The notes under the pieces were generated by a model. The model did no database searches. It saw only the letters and a program-made list of their open reading frames with translations, and was not told the origin of the DNA. A stretch of DNA of 64,000 nucleotides, from the NCBI GenBank assembly GCA_049517335.1, contig JBEKSD010000011.1:9893-73892 (forward strand). The letters are read 5' to 3'. Source of the stretch: Candidatus Omnitrophota bacterium (GTDB lineage Bacteria > Omnitrophota > Gorgyraeia > Gygaellales > Profunditerraquicolaceae). This document shows, in pieces, positions 13,101 through 20,755 of the stretch. Both the position numbers and the translations under genes were made by a program. Within the stretch, counting starts at the first letter, position 1. The number at the start of each line of letters is the position of its first letter.

Positions 13101-14356
13101 AGGGTATCAAAAACCGCGATAAACAAATCTTGGTTGCCTTATTTAGGATTATTGTCCATGAGATAGGTTCCGCATTCTTTAAGCTGTCTCATCCTGCGGA
13201 TCAGGATTTGGAGAGATTATTCTTGGCTTTATTGTCTAAAACCACAGTACCCTTGCCTCCAGGCACCGAGCAGGAATTTAGAACTATTAACAGCAGTGTT
13301 AATTTGGATAGCTTACCCAGAATTGACTGGGCAAGCAAAAAGCTTAAGCCCACGGATTTAATGCGGGAAGAGATTAGATTAACCCGGGATGATATGACTG
13401 GTTTGGTAAAAGAGATAAATTCCAAGCTCATTAATTCTTTATACAGCCCGAACCAGCAGGTAAGAAATAATGCAGCTATTTCTTTGGTGAAATTCGGAGC
13501 AACGGAAGCACTGCCTTTCTTAAGGCTGTTTCTTGAAAAAGAACCGGATAACAAGATAGTCAGTGATGCTATAGCAGCCCTTGAGGTCAGACTTAACAAT
13601 GAGAACGCCGAGATACTTAAGATAAAGACAGCCGATCCTTTTGCGCCAGCTCTGTTCAGCGTTGACGAGAATAATGATTTAGTTCTGGGCAACAGCGCAA
13701 TACAGGCTATTAATATGCTCTGTATAGGTTATGACGGGATGACTCTGGAAATCGATGTTGATACACTCATTGATACCTCTAAAGGCGCGCCTCAGTTAAA
13801 AGGCCTCGGCTTTAGAGAAGCGCTTGCCTCATTGTATCAGGCGCAGGAAAAGAAGCAGATTCCTGAAAATATACACGTCCGGCTTATCAATATTGATCCC
13901 GCATTGAATAGAGATAAGATTGTCAAAGTTTTGGGCTTAACTGATGACCTGCTTAAGAGTTTAGTTACTATCCCGGATATCCCTCAGGATTACATTATTA
14001 AGAGCCTTGAGCCGTATTTAATCGCAGGCTCAATCAGAATCATCTTTGAAGATAATGTCAGGTATTGGGGCAAGAAGGTTGATGTTTTAGTTAAGCGCGG
14101 AGAGGAGACTAAAACTCTCTCAAGCTTAGGCTTGATTGTTGCAAGCCTTGCCAAGGAACCCAAGTTCTACGAGCAGCTGCCTAAGGAGCTAAAGGAATAC
14201 ATTGTCGCCAAGACTGATGAGACCGGTAAAGTTCAGCTGGATGACGAAGGAAAGATAAAAGAGCTTATCTTTAAGCCGATTGAAAAGTCAAAGGTGGATA
14301 CGCAGTATCTGGACAAATTAGACAAGGCAAATAAAGAATTAGAAGGCATGGTGTAA
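1145..14356 (+). CDS. Giant 4403-aa multidomain protein: helical repeats, two copies of an unknown domain, TM/signal-like segments, coiled coils, M20/M28-type peptidase, HExxH, HAD-IIB hydrolase, HEAT-like repeat
   Basis: Peptidase motifs NAHMD...GALDDRAG...FTDMEEKG...YHSPNE (~9280-10140). EHELLH (~10500). HAD motifs IFDLDRT...AIITAQ...KGVDKS...IIGDD (~11130-11830). Long heptad-rich stretches. Confidence 0.85.
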   Translation: MKDIVLEILKDIDSLANLPYRKSDFVWWLTMCINFEPQVWGAGTKQVLAGYQELKTYIIKRRELSARFTTNPEEEKRLTAAWDSLDKIANFSKPATISLLNNTLNKISEFVTNPREFVFWIGTMSELNQEALEAFCRDITTTFDYYKSKGKTRDFNHLPAVLNQYYKIYHQTVLITPELLDILTDSQLEVDKRIEKIYQYLATQKIVKLGAPPNLVGLVDSVSFDELFRAVEDEDTIRNIIQYYEPVKRAASKMGRDGVYSYFESQKPAFYRHFLEEAKGLKPGFNQPGEKFRVSYKNHSVAFTKEEESQLTPIPDNVQALRQLIQYLRMEWPNLYDNFIEPKRELIKGRPLEEFVTSDTVSKMAQQLLSKVQGWQFSEQQRNVFIIKIIEVLSFQGTADLRARINNATDDFSRLRLVVQYWERVLKLALEHKWLQENSKYFKEPAKVVKQRLSSINNKLGDGGEGILQFYLSGGTLADFFKGWVSNDCTKNTDGDHAHFPDTQAFVMDPACFLFKVIERNKWVANIYTFAFKDKNGKFYLYIDMFQLNLQHEITKSNQDKEEWRVEFCSRFLKELIGYLGSLGFDYLVVSTNPAQHRIGPDILTAVKRQYGKQSPETISLRKMGGTEFFSEAGVGEEFLWTLNGNLISNDFQDVTGYKIEIDKTTPQVLQLKQSELDHLEKLLGEMSSEETRLASLAKERREELSHLNRKGQEAANTGKNALASQFKNASDQKTTEVQKIEYELNELRIRVREKKDELEHLAVELGLRRGSSPLLGGRLASIIPVTLLSGFLFANKAQAQDFSSGDWFYNPLTPLVFVAGVAGFVGLVCYILYKLFPQKPERDTYYEREYFPRPAFQEYRLPDDLKTQLSQVLDKLSPEARGLLPNSIDVRIPFEVGISRAQAVKALGLLYSNLIKHGSILDFFKDKDFYRSFKQKAKELELADDFDQPKGKSYFFTVPKEKIRYEEDRRAEEFITQYLTKIRKKQVSNTEETLERIHQERSRLLRKEMYRGATQTDLYAYYQLLLSYATLESKAKLDEVDDLLSEKNYLGALSVLEEFFRIDIGGELISLEENVRLKDALNKVLQTELEDIRWQFNRSAAFQTNKQQIIRETNDIQFELRLSERTADDVLRGVASGDCTSINGSAFYNTIPQFMFDPGLLVFKVIQDDKWVGNVYTIVAEKDGNPVLIMDAVQLPVWGRSWPVSVKELSDKVLEKVVEYANSQGFAQVLMSSFVSNFNAIHDHFDQKYPATAQEIEKASGFEHLKALGLWDNYAARNEYLETFSPHWNYSLKRVDPNNPKQTLLLRTIWQRNAPEEPQEIQPSDSGETAVLDRAKEEQKPASAQDNLASSPSQTNPQSVKKNTPKQGHAFRNFCTGILLAAALLLSSGCATAFNSRIGPIAIHSRTEVTLSEPKPHEAPLSISGSVELGEKTKKKEASKTAEVKKYSQGAELLTSGSARLGPLTGDINPKVGVSEVPEGEAPISIGAKASIGEKVKQNKADTEGVELATEAKVRLGPLTAQADPKVGLSDVPEGQKPVDLKGDIKVQEVKEEPVLQQDVQPESQAPDTAQIIAQINEQIKSIQAELEKLRQADSDLKIEVSDLMAKLIDAQKQIEQLKTSPKAPEEVTQLEEKKSDYERQIANLELQQKQAQKELDRILAEKAKAGQEVRQLQNQAPHMQQKVESLHTEINQLETQKKQGAESVTQLQSQKTGLETNVNQLTQDKSKLEQELTGLRQQIGQAKAVLEEAKVKSEPTFKNIWFSLPWQEKLGIILLSLTGIGILVGGVILWKRWSRFKNLSDRVKELQQKADDLERQLSTQRKEKEDLTKEIEQQKTKTLDLEAERNRQADELKRITEQLAALKEEHERIQAELIQVKEAKDKTTEELQAKIAELKSQIAQKESEIVSLSFKEEIAPSVPAPQEISQKLSDAEIDRAVELLRALPSREMQRLLRSQKIDVRERIRFLHDELGLDIANGHGRSLLFRNPDTLRNQKVFLESLGLPLTVTNLASSKRGFAKKELNQIIKQTAWNEEWQVLTNEEKLSVVSHLYDIYGLRVSWLLRDNDWYQLLHAFGLPGEPINYTPRSIDFIQRYELSRFQKFHNTAQTKYRLSKIKEVIKILDLKVINLLDVKTTPEGFEIFVVKPEVREGKVDYQKEHYPLPDTDFIPPESAGEQPEDIAALEPQETILTPQLEEKASHLKEEIASLEKTIAGLEEEKKQKTAQLEKQIQDLTQQKEKLVQEITQLENDLQAKQQAMSLSITQEEDRINKLQEEKLGYEQAVQDLKQKIDAYQQELKALEQQKDKARQELEALQDTSAARAQIETLNKEQQQIEENLRKIKAELVDLTARKKQLEENISAYQGTRDKLQEETAVLNKKIEELNQSIHSLEAEKDALAKQENERAAQIKATQLNQEIEGLTRQKEELSRQNATLENEIKTKQNELALSIREAETQANKIKEEIAGLTQELAVLREEREKLRTETAGLKGYQQDVESKKQELLSLDKEKQALQEEIRSLEAQKTALKEGFDKAQQELEAVKQRLEEQKTSQAQLSQQALTAEQQKLQEQLDTQRQSIQAQMNALEQEFNKQRQEHLATLLKLEEEKNKSKHELDDLLAQKDKAINEMNKLNVALEDLKKTEASYKKAIGYWKFQIELLKEDIVELKEEKEQLAREVETLKKAKEAAPEIEELIEEVRIVSEEVDALLGIIGPQDNTSIYSAVIDKVKATLGNLNYEIKEEPLSGDSRRKNIIVKIPASIGMEHLPKIILNAHMDAYYEHGYTVNSLKGNRRSGGALDDRAGVVAILSALNLIKERFVRQNLAHGPIVLIFTDMEEKGAVGAKDLVSKYNSGSRGATESLFDNTRIAIVLDGPILWMTDVDIRSLNNVEMKNPFVIAKLLNIGKNDKEYRIVNDSVGLVNFRDFSRPRYADKDGEGDHRAFADAYDKKLKRKVPVINIRSPYNDIDENGTIQYHSPNEKVDIENELVPVAQWVAEIVFRLVKDMTPKTRQTSAIITTQKNNELPLPIWEYTVEWDKDYYPVLSPASYQVGPLSSEALKDLTDVLKKLTDVYPVRGEDKIRTIKIVAGNDRLATINREKGEIVLDINVFASKELLLMEVEHELLHLHLPSGQIKQDVKNAVIEEFIILLFEISRFLKFDNEQQLRVLVILKDDPHLDDKEFYRILSKAKSDGLVSVLDDVTRYMKQEGVYPPEFVEYLKDKNGRDIFKDMDRDLHMCKFCLANIFLDRKVIGEIGINIMPIIFNIIYGYAEMNTDIYTNPLFNPDTSKMLVETFGTESLLADLVKITPRLLDFDKEFTGEYTNASGLPKAMIFDLDRTLSRTLRVVPTEILEQIKGFLKARVKVAIITAQSLEEVKTYFIEPLYKLLKDSGEPEGLLSNLYVGTSEGSQLWQFFTQGQFKEVILDDATEAPFDTAEHKKELHKIVRDAIREVIRPKGDIPIVGPILIQAPGITFIHNRDYSLSLGIREKISPDQRSELIKAIKRKIPANWQIDILVSGGGTIHIVSKGVDKSTAVGMFRNYLSPDIKPQQILIIGDDFGPGGLDRKMIIPGAKIYSVGAKHNIPPEVEFYGDGGEHGWQRSMHLFVNRIKSDFAGAAKGRGMFSPDEHIDVNEVIMAAQREHRGSLIWGDASGWQDNRAKYAQDIAWVISSLKRYPEIKITGLGKIDIPEVLSTSNIVLIVPHNNSPPGLLVNSENAYQIAHNGLSRNSIYIDEVSYSQLYTFEVAVLLAHEAILLGAKKLAARKGIPWTEQLARDVSQLAEDYEIKIVGRSEKGKGSRFDERIEEILELNKPKPKQARPIEEPPAYEPEEKPQPTIPPQPEPKLQKKPQPTNNNFSLDFPDTKDSVIDGLRKLFFDSMFRDTTNLPVPIGDFPPPMAREIKQSYDLNKVKGLPLDPDFLVALTVFFSRIFPNHANDLINYLRSLNIYIIDNGNSTFGATLSRNTFYIQRSCLEDLLGRPVSVEEIKQGIKNRDKQILVALFRIIVHEIGSAFFKLSHPADQDLERLFLALLSKTTVPLPPGTEQEFRTINSSVNLDSLPRIDWASKKLKPTDLMREEIRLTRDDMTGLVKEINSKLINSLYSPNQQVRNNAAISLVKFGATEALPFLRLFLEKEPDNKIVSDAIAALEVRLNNENAEILKIKTADPFAPALFSVDENNDLVLGNSAIQAINMLCIGYDGMTLEIDVDTLIDTSKGAPQLKGLGFREALASLYQAQEKKQIPENIHVRLINIDPALNRDKIVKVLGLTDDLLKSLVTIPDIPQDYIIKSLEPYLIAGSIRIIFEDNVRYWGKKVDVLVKRGEETKTLSSLGLIVASLAKEPKFYEQLPKELKEYIVAKTDETGKVQLDDEGKIKELIFKPIEKSKVDTQYLDKLDKANKELEGMV

Positions 14357-14357
14357 G

Positions 14358-15623
14358 GTGAAGAGGGTAATAGCGATTATGATTACAAGCGCTTTATTGC
14401 TATTCTTCAATGTCTCCAAAGGAGAAACAGATCCTGAGGCAATAAGCGCAGTGCAGCTTACTTCCCTGGCTGTTGATACCCAGGCAGGCCTGAATCATTT
14501 AAGGCTTACTGTCAAAGCCAGGAGAGCCGGAAACTTTGAAGGAATAGTGGATATAAATAAAGCAGCGCAGAAGTCCTTGGAGCATTTCTTCATAAGTTTA
14601 ACCATGCACGATGATGCTTTCTGGGTCAACTTAAATCCTGATGAGCCGGATAGGATCATAAATTCAAATCTCGCTAATACTGACCTGGGTAGGATTATGC
14701 TTAATGCGGATTATAGGCTAAAAGAGGATGTGGCTGGCATCATTAACCCACAAACTTCCCAGATTGGAAAGGAATTTTGGAGAAGGCTTTATCAAAAGGC
14801 AGAAGAGTTGGGTGCAGCAGACAGGATACCTTTAGTTACCAGGCTTTGGATTATGCCTGATTTAGCTCAAGTCTATGAAAAACAAAACCAGCTCTACATC
14901 AGAAAGAGCAGCCTTAAAGTTCAGCTTGAGCCTGCCTATGTCTCCCAGAGAATAACTTTTAAGGATTCAAGAGAAAAAGAACTGCAGGATTTTACTTCAG
15001 AGCTTATAGAGGAATTAGTTTTACCGCAGCTAAATAAAAAGATAAACGAAGCTTACGGCTATGCTGACCTAAGAGATGTCTACAACGCTCTTATTTTAGC
15101 CCATTGGTATAAGGAAAAATTCGGTTCAGGTTATAATTCGCTCCTTCAAACGGTGAACTATAAGGTCCTTGATGACGTAGAAACAGACTACACTTCAACT
15201 CCCAATGAAATCTATCAAAGCTATCTTAAATCCATTAAGGAAGGACAGTATTCATTCAGCGATACCGAAACCCTTGGCAGCCCCTTTGGCATGATTATTA
15301 CTACCAGACATTATTTTAGCGGAGGAGTTGATCTAAGAGGTATCCATTTGACACAATCTTCCAGCAGCCCTGTAGAAGAAACCGCTAAAGGCGATGTCTT
15401 ATACACCTGTGATCTGCTTATGCCGAGAAATGTCGAAAGGCCTTTACAGTATGCAAAAAATGAGCTTACCGTGACAAGAGGAGTTAATGTTCAGGATAAT
15501 CTTTCTACTATAATGTTGGCACGCAGCCTTCCAGCAATAACGCCGGTGCGCGTTTCTGACCAGAATATGCAGAGCTTAACCGTAATAAACAGGACAGAGA
15601 GAGTGTTGTTAAGCAAGCTTTAA
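14358..15623 (+). CDS. Secreted protein with conserved FWVNLxPD...TDxGRIxLxAD domain
   Basis: N-terminal signal peptide; clear homology to the N-terminus of the 16175 protein. Confidence 0.8.
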   Translation: MKRVIAIMITSALLLFFNVSKGETDPEAISAVQLTSLAVDTQAGLNHLRLTVKARRAGNFEGIVDINKAAQKSLEHFFISLTMHDDAFWVNLNPDEPDRIINSNLANTDLGRIMLNADYRLKEDVAGIINPQTSQIGKEFWRRLYQKAEELGAADRIPLVTRLWIMPDLAQVYEKQNQLYIRKSSLKVQLEPAYVSQRITFKDSREKELQDFTSELIEELVLPQLNKKINEAYGYADLRDVYNALILAHWYKEKFGSGYNSLLQTVNYKVLDDVETDYTSTPNEIYQSYLKSIKEGQYSFSDTETLGSPFGMIITTRHYFSGGVDLRGIHLTQSSSSPVEETAKGDVLYTCDLLMPRNVERPLQYAKNELTVTRGVNVQDNLSTIMLARSLPAITPVRVSDQNMQSLTVINRTERVLLSKL

Positions 15624-15644
15624 CCAAAAGAAGGAGGGAGTCAA

Positions 15645-15884
15645 ATGTACGGAGATTACAAAGTATTGCCAGTTGCATCGAAAGTATTTAAGGTCTTAGC
15701 CTACATAGGTGCGGTTTTGGGTGTGATCAGCGCTTTGATTATCTTTGCCGGCATGGGAACGCCTGAAACCCCGCGCTGGATGGGATTGGTTACATTGATA
15801 GTCGGCGCAGTCTATTTTTTCATCTTCACTGTGGCAGGTGAGATAGTGGATTTACTGTTGGATATGAATGCAAGGATAAAATAA
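15645..15884 (+). CDS. Small two-TM membrane protein
   Basis: Strong RBS (aaggagggag); two hydrophobic helices. Confidence 0.75.
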   Translation: MYGDYKVLPVASKVFKVLAYIGAVLGVISALIIFAGMGTPETPRWMGLVTLIVGAVYFFIFTVAGEIVDLLLDMNARIK

Positions 15885-15947
15885 CAAAAGAAGGGAGATA
15901 AGATAGATTCCCCACCAGCCACGGGGAAGCCGGTGCCAACATCCGGT

Positions 15948-15986
15948 AAAGTCCCGGAGGACGTAGTATGTCTTCCGGGACTTTTT
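15948..15986 (+). terminator. Intrinsic terminator
   Basis: AAAGTCCCGGAGGAC-loop-GTCTTCCGGGACTTT followed by a T run. Confidence 0.8.
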
Positions 15987-16000
15987 AGTAGCATCTTCCC

Positions 16001-16029
16001 TTGACCGTATCCTACCTATATGTTATATT
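16001..16029 (+). promoter_or_regulatory. sigma70-type promoter
   Basis: TTGACC-17 bp-TATATT with extended TG. Confidence 0.55.
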
Positions 16030-16063
16030 TATGTCGTTAACAATCTCTCGTAAAGCCATATTA

Positions 16064-16153
16064 AAAATCCGGTAGTCCTAGTATAGGAGGTAGCTGGGAT
16101 TGCCACGGAAATATGTAAGCCGGATTGATGAAAAGGGTCAGTCCGGATTTTTT
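16064..16153 (+). promoter_or_regulatory. Attenuator/riboswitch-like leader with terminator
   Basis: Hairpin CCGGATTGA...TCAGTCCGG followed by a T run; upstream AATCCGG is complementary to its 5' arm. Confidence 0.45.
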
Positions 16154-16174
16154 GTTTTTAATTGCCTTAAATCT

Positions 16175-19100
16175 ATGAAAAAGAAAATAACTCAAATATT
16201 TTCTCTTATACTATGCCTCCTGTTTCTCTTTGAGCAAACAGGTCTCGCTCAGAATATAGCTGTTTTGGATGTTTCAAGCTATCTCGCTCAGCAGCATAAT
16301 GCTATTGCTTTAAGCAATTTCCGGCCCCTGCATCTGCGTTATCTCAAGTTGAAGCCAAACGAAGATAATTTTAAGCTATTAATAGACAAAGGAAGCGCTA
16401 AAGACTTCACCCAGGAAGATCTTCAAGATGGTTCTAAAGAGCTTTTAAAATACTTCCTTATTGGCCTGACTTTACCTAACAGCGCCTTCTGGGTAAACCT
16501 AAGGCCTGACTCGCCAGAGCAGATTATTGATCCCCTGCTTGGAGAAACAGATATCGGAAGGATTCTTCTTGAAGCAGATTTAGAGTTAAAGAAAGACACC
16601 GCTCTTGCAACCTCACCAGCTACGCCAGAAGGAGCTGAATATTGGGATAAGCTCTACAAGAAAGCAGGAGAGCTCTTCGGCTCTGAAAACGTCACTATCC
16701 CTACCTTAACCCGGCCCTGGATAGTTCCGGATGAGATAATCATCAGCGAAACCCCTGACTCAGCCTATATCCATAAGGCAACCTTAAAGGTAATGTTGGA
16801 ACAGGATTATTTAAAGAATGATTCCGTATATAACTTTAAAGATGACAGGCTAAAAGAGCTTAACGAATACTCATCTCAACTTATCCGAGAGTTGATTATC
16901 CCAAAGCTTAACCAGGAGATAAACACTTCCAAGAAATACGCCAGCTTAAGGCAGGTTTACTATTCTTTGATTCTTTCCCAGTGGTTTAAGGCACGCTTTG
17001 CCTATAAGCAGAATCCTTATTCTTATCTTATTGAATCAAGAAGCCTAGATGGACTTACATCCGTTGAGCCATATTCCAAGAATACCTATTTTAAGGCTTA
17101 TCAGGAATCTTTTAAGAATGGCGAATATAATTACAAAACCCCGGCCTACACTATTTTTGGTCAGAGTATTAGAAGTTATTTCTCAGGAGGAGCAGACCTT
17201 AATCTAGGAAACGCCATACCTGCGCAATTTGGCGGTATAGCTGGTACTAATGTCAACGGAACGCAGGCTTGTGTTATTGCTTCCAGTCGAGATGAATCTA
17301 CCCTAAGAAACAATCCTTACCTACTCGCAGCCGAAGGAAAAATATCCTCGGGCGAGCTTGTTGTAAGAATAACAGGAGATACTCTATCTGATGAGGAAAT
17401 TCAAAGGAGAGTCCAAGGCATAGAAGATGCGCATCAGGTTGAGCTGGATAACGATCATCGCCTAGGTGAAAGAAATCCAGATGGCACTTATCAAAAAGAT
17501 GAAGATAAACCATATTCATCTGTCGGCATACGCAAAAAATCAGAAATTTTGAAAGAAGCCGGATTTAACCAAGAACAGAGAAGAAATATTATGCAGTATG
17601 GGATGGCAGGCCAAAAGAGAGAACAGGCGCTCAATTATTTTGTCAGACTTAAGGAAGCAGTATTAAATTTTCTAAAACCAAAAAGTCTAAGTATGAAGAA
17701 AGGATTCGATGGTTCAGATCATAAGCCAGCAGATATAAATAAAGTAAGAGCGCTTATTGAAGAACTAAATCGGCAGGGAAGCAGAATAAAATGGTCTGAT
17801 TCGTATCTTAACTTTATTACAGAACAAGGAGGTTATTTAATCGCGGCTAATCTGGATGATACAGTAAGGCAGAATTACATTCGGAGAGACAAGCCCGATA
17901 AATATGGCATCAGGGAGGCATTGACTTTATTGCATAAATTAAAACTCTTAGGTCACGGCACAGTAGGATTAAAAAATTTAGTGAAGGAAGAGGACTATTT
18001 TGATTGGCTATCCGCGTCAAACCTAGATGCAGATTCTATGCCGCCGAATCTTAAAGAGGCAGCGAATAATAAAGAATTTTTATGCGGCTTAGATTTTATC
18101 GGGGCGGTCTCACTGCTGAATGTAATTCTATCTGGTGAGATAAGAAATGCTTCGGTTCAACAATTTGCGGAAGAAGAATATGCATATCAGGGCGATGGTA
18201 AATTATACTATCCAAATTTCTATGGACCTTTCTTTGTAATCTTAAAACCTGGTACAGAAAAATCGGAAGGTTTTTCCGATTTGAATGCAGACAATCAGAT
18301 TATTTTCAAGAGTATTGGCAGCGAACTGCATTATTTATATCTACTGCCGAGAGATGATGATAAAGAATTTTTTACTAAAGCAATTGGTGAAGCTGTTAAG
18401 GAGGGTTTAATAACAGAAGAAAAAGCTCGTGAGGCATTGTCGAAATTAAAAACAGTGGCTGAGTTTATAAGGGATAACAGAACAGGAGACCCTAAGACGC
18501 AACAAAATGTCCCCGCGGGAGAAACTGGCAGAACAGTGAGTTCGCTAAGGCAAGAATTTGAGTACCACAGGTTTCAACCAATTGAGGATAATTTTAAGAA
18601 TGCAGCTTGGGGAGGAAGGTTGGCGACTTGGTTCAATGCAACCAGAAAAATAATAGCAGCAAACTATCAAAAAATAATAGTTTATTATCCGGGTGCTGCC
18701 AATGATTTATTATATGCCTTACTTGCAACGGATGGCGATACGTTTATTTTCATTGATAAAGCAAGCCCCTCGGGTAGACACAAGGAAGAGGTAAGTATTA
18801 TTTAAGATTCCGGATTTTCGGTAAAGAGCGAGAACTGTATTATTACTTTGGGGTTGACGCCGGAAAAGAGGAGCAGTTGCCAGATATCCTTAAAGAGGGC
18901 TATAATGTTTATATTGAAAAACGTTTTGTCAATGGCTATGGTGGATTTCTTGGCGATCTTACTGATTTGTGGAGAATTAATTTAAAATATCTGGCTCCGG
19001 GAGGATTTACTATAACAGACTATTCTGTAAGAAGCGCTGTGTCCAAAACAGAATTGTATCAAATAGGATATACGAGACATTCAGATAAATATAATGACTG

Positions 19101-19584
19101 GGCTGCAGATATACACAGCATACATTCGTTATATTTTAACATTTACTTTCCGACTTCTACTAATCCATCTTCAAGTCTGACATCGGAACCTCGTATACCT
19201 AGCACTCCGGGTGGTATAGACTTTCGCACTCTACCAATAGTCGATCAGGCAGCAAACAACTTAAGCGTAACTATGAAATATTCAAATATGAATAGACTTA
19301 CCAATGTCAATCTTGATGAGGAGTGGAGGGAAATAGAAAGGTTAGTTTCTTCAGGCATCACGCCTTCAACGGAAAGACTTGAAAACTATCTGCAGGCCTC
19401 TAGCGCTAAAGGAGAAATAGAAAGGAATAAAGAAAAGGTGATTAATTGTATTTCAGATCTTTTCCGCCAAGAAGAAGAGAAGTGTTGTCCTGCCGAACCA
19501 ACCTTAAAAAATATCCTTGTAGTACTTGAAGCAAATCCCTCTACGTTGGAATTAAGTAAAATATTTCTAGGTGACCTTCCCTAA
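16175..19584 (+). pseudogene. Large secreted protein split by a frameshift near 18770 (ORFs 16100..18805 and 18877..19584)
   Basis: Signal peptide MKKKITQIF...GLA and FWVNLRPD domain. A Rossmann/methyltransferase-like segment begins as YYPGAANDL and continues in the other frame to LAPGGFTITD. C-terminal PGGIDFRxLP motif. Confidence 0.65.
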
Positions 19585-19589
19585 AATAA

Positions 19590-19874
19590 CTATAGCTGAT
19601 AGAACTTCCTCAATTCCTTGGCCGCAAGTGACGCCTTAAGGGAATTCTGAATGACTTTCGTAAAGGCTTCTTTACGTTTCTCCTCAGTATCCAATATTCC
19701 ATTCTGAAGATTTTCAAGCACTAACAGGGCTCTGTGCAGATAACCGTTTACAGCATGGTTAATACACCTTAGTGTCTCGCCTATGTTGTTGGCTTCCGTA
19801 AGCCTTTTTATCTCGTCAAAAACTTTCTTATCATTATCGTCCAATTTTATATTATTAAAATCAAGCTCTTCCAT
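19590..19874 (-). CDS. Hypothetical helical protein
   Basis: ORF with RBS (gagaggtg), downstream of the response regulator. Confidence 0.65.
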   Translation of the reverse strand: MEELDFNNIKLDDNDKKVFDEIKRLTEANNIGETLRCINHAVNGYLHRALLVLENLQNGILDTEEKRKEAFTKVIQNSLKASLAAKELRKFYQL

Positions 19875-19936
19875 GATTCACCTCTCTTTTAGAAACCTGT
19901 CAAGGTAATTTTCAATCTTTTTTTAAAAATCCCGAA

Positions 19937-20027
19937 TGTGCGAAAGTGCTACATTCCGGGAATATGATTAGCATAAGCAATGTGCGTTTTCGCTCAAAAA
20001 GCGCTTTCTTTGTAGCAAAACCGCACA
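19937..20027. promoter_or_regulatory. Operator cluster TGTGCG-N5-GCTACA (3 sites)
   Basis: Sites at 19937-19953, 19981-19997 (degenerate) and 20011-20027; the last 17-mer recurs exactly at 20914-20930. Confidence 0.6.
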
Positions 20028-20097
20028 CAGGCATTTTTGGCTGATTTTGCCTGAATCCGGTTAAACCAAAAACCCATGTTATACTATATCAAAAGTT

Positions 20098-20673
20098 TCA
20101 AAGAGCCGGCTTTTTGATATAGAGCTTTTTCATCCAGCGGTCCAGGCACCAGCGCGTGATATTAAGATCTCCTGAAGTTTTTTCCAGGTGCCAGTCATTC
20201 TGCCTTAATGCCTTAAAGATAATTTCTTTAGAGACCTGGTATAAAGCTCTTCTTAGATCAAGGCCCTTTACTCTTACGGTGGTTATTTCGATATCATCTA
20301 TTGCGCGTTTAATAAATTCTTTTACTTTGTGAAAGTCGCATGGTTTTTGGAATACATGATAAGCGCCCAGGCGGATGAATTCATCTTGGTTGTATTCATC
20401 CATGTAAGCTGAAATAATGATGACATGGATATCGGGGAATTTCTTTTTGATGAGCTGGAGAACTTCGGCGCCGGTTAATTTAGGCATCTTGATATCCAGG
20501 AGCACTACGTCATAGTGCTTGTTCTTCTTGCTAAGGCAGGGAATGACCTGTGAGCTGTCGGAACAGATGTCTATTTCAAGATCGACCTCTGTCTCATGCT
20601 CGAGGTTCTCTTTGGCATCCTGCGCAAGGGTCGTATCATCGTCAACTATGAGAATTCCATATTTAGGTTTCAT
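20098..20673 (-). CDS. Response regulator (REC domain + Fis-type HTH)
   Basis: ILIVDDD, LLDIKMP, QKP motifs; C-terminal ALRQNDWHLEKTSGDLNITR; RBS aaggag before ATG 20673. Confidence 0.85.
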   Translation of the reverse strand: MKPKYGILIVDDDTTLAQDAKENLEHETEVDLEIDICSDSSQVIPCLSKKNKHYDVVLLDIKMPKLTGAEVLQLIKKKFPDIHVIIISAYMDEYNQDEFIRLGAYHVFQKPCDFHKVKEFIKRAIDDIEITTVRVKGLDLRRALYQVSKEIIFKALRQNDWHLEKTSGDLNITRWCLDRWMKKLYIKKPAL

Positions 20674-20694
20674 TAGAGCTCCTTTAATAAAGAC

Positions 20695-20734
20695 AAAAAA
20701 TCCCCATTCTACTTCTTTTTTCAGAAGAATGGGG
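20695..20734 (-). terminator. Riboswitch expression-platform terminator
   Basis: Minus strand CCCCATTCT...AGAATGGGG followed by ATTTTTT; the 5' arm can alternatively pair with aptamer AGAATGGGG. Confidence 0.75.
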
Positions 20735-20755
20735 CATAAAGAAAAAAAGTTTAAC

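Noticed and set aside
2902-13692. Many short minus-strand ORFs inside the giant gene and other genes
   Set aside because: Antisense shadow ORFs without motifs, fully overlapping well-supported genes
15905-15947. Cobalamin riboswitch-like GGGAAGCCGGTG...ATCCGG
   Set aside because: Only a short fragment matches; there is no B12 box and a terminator follows immediately
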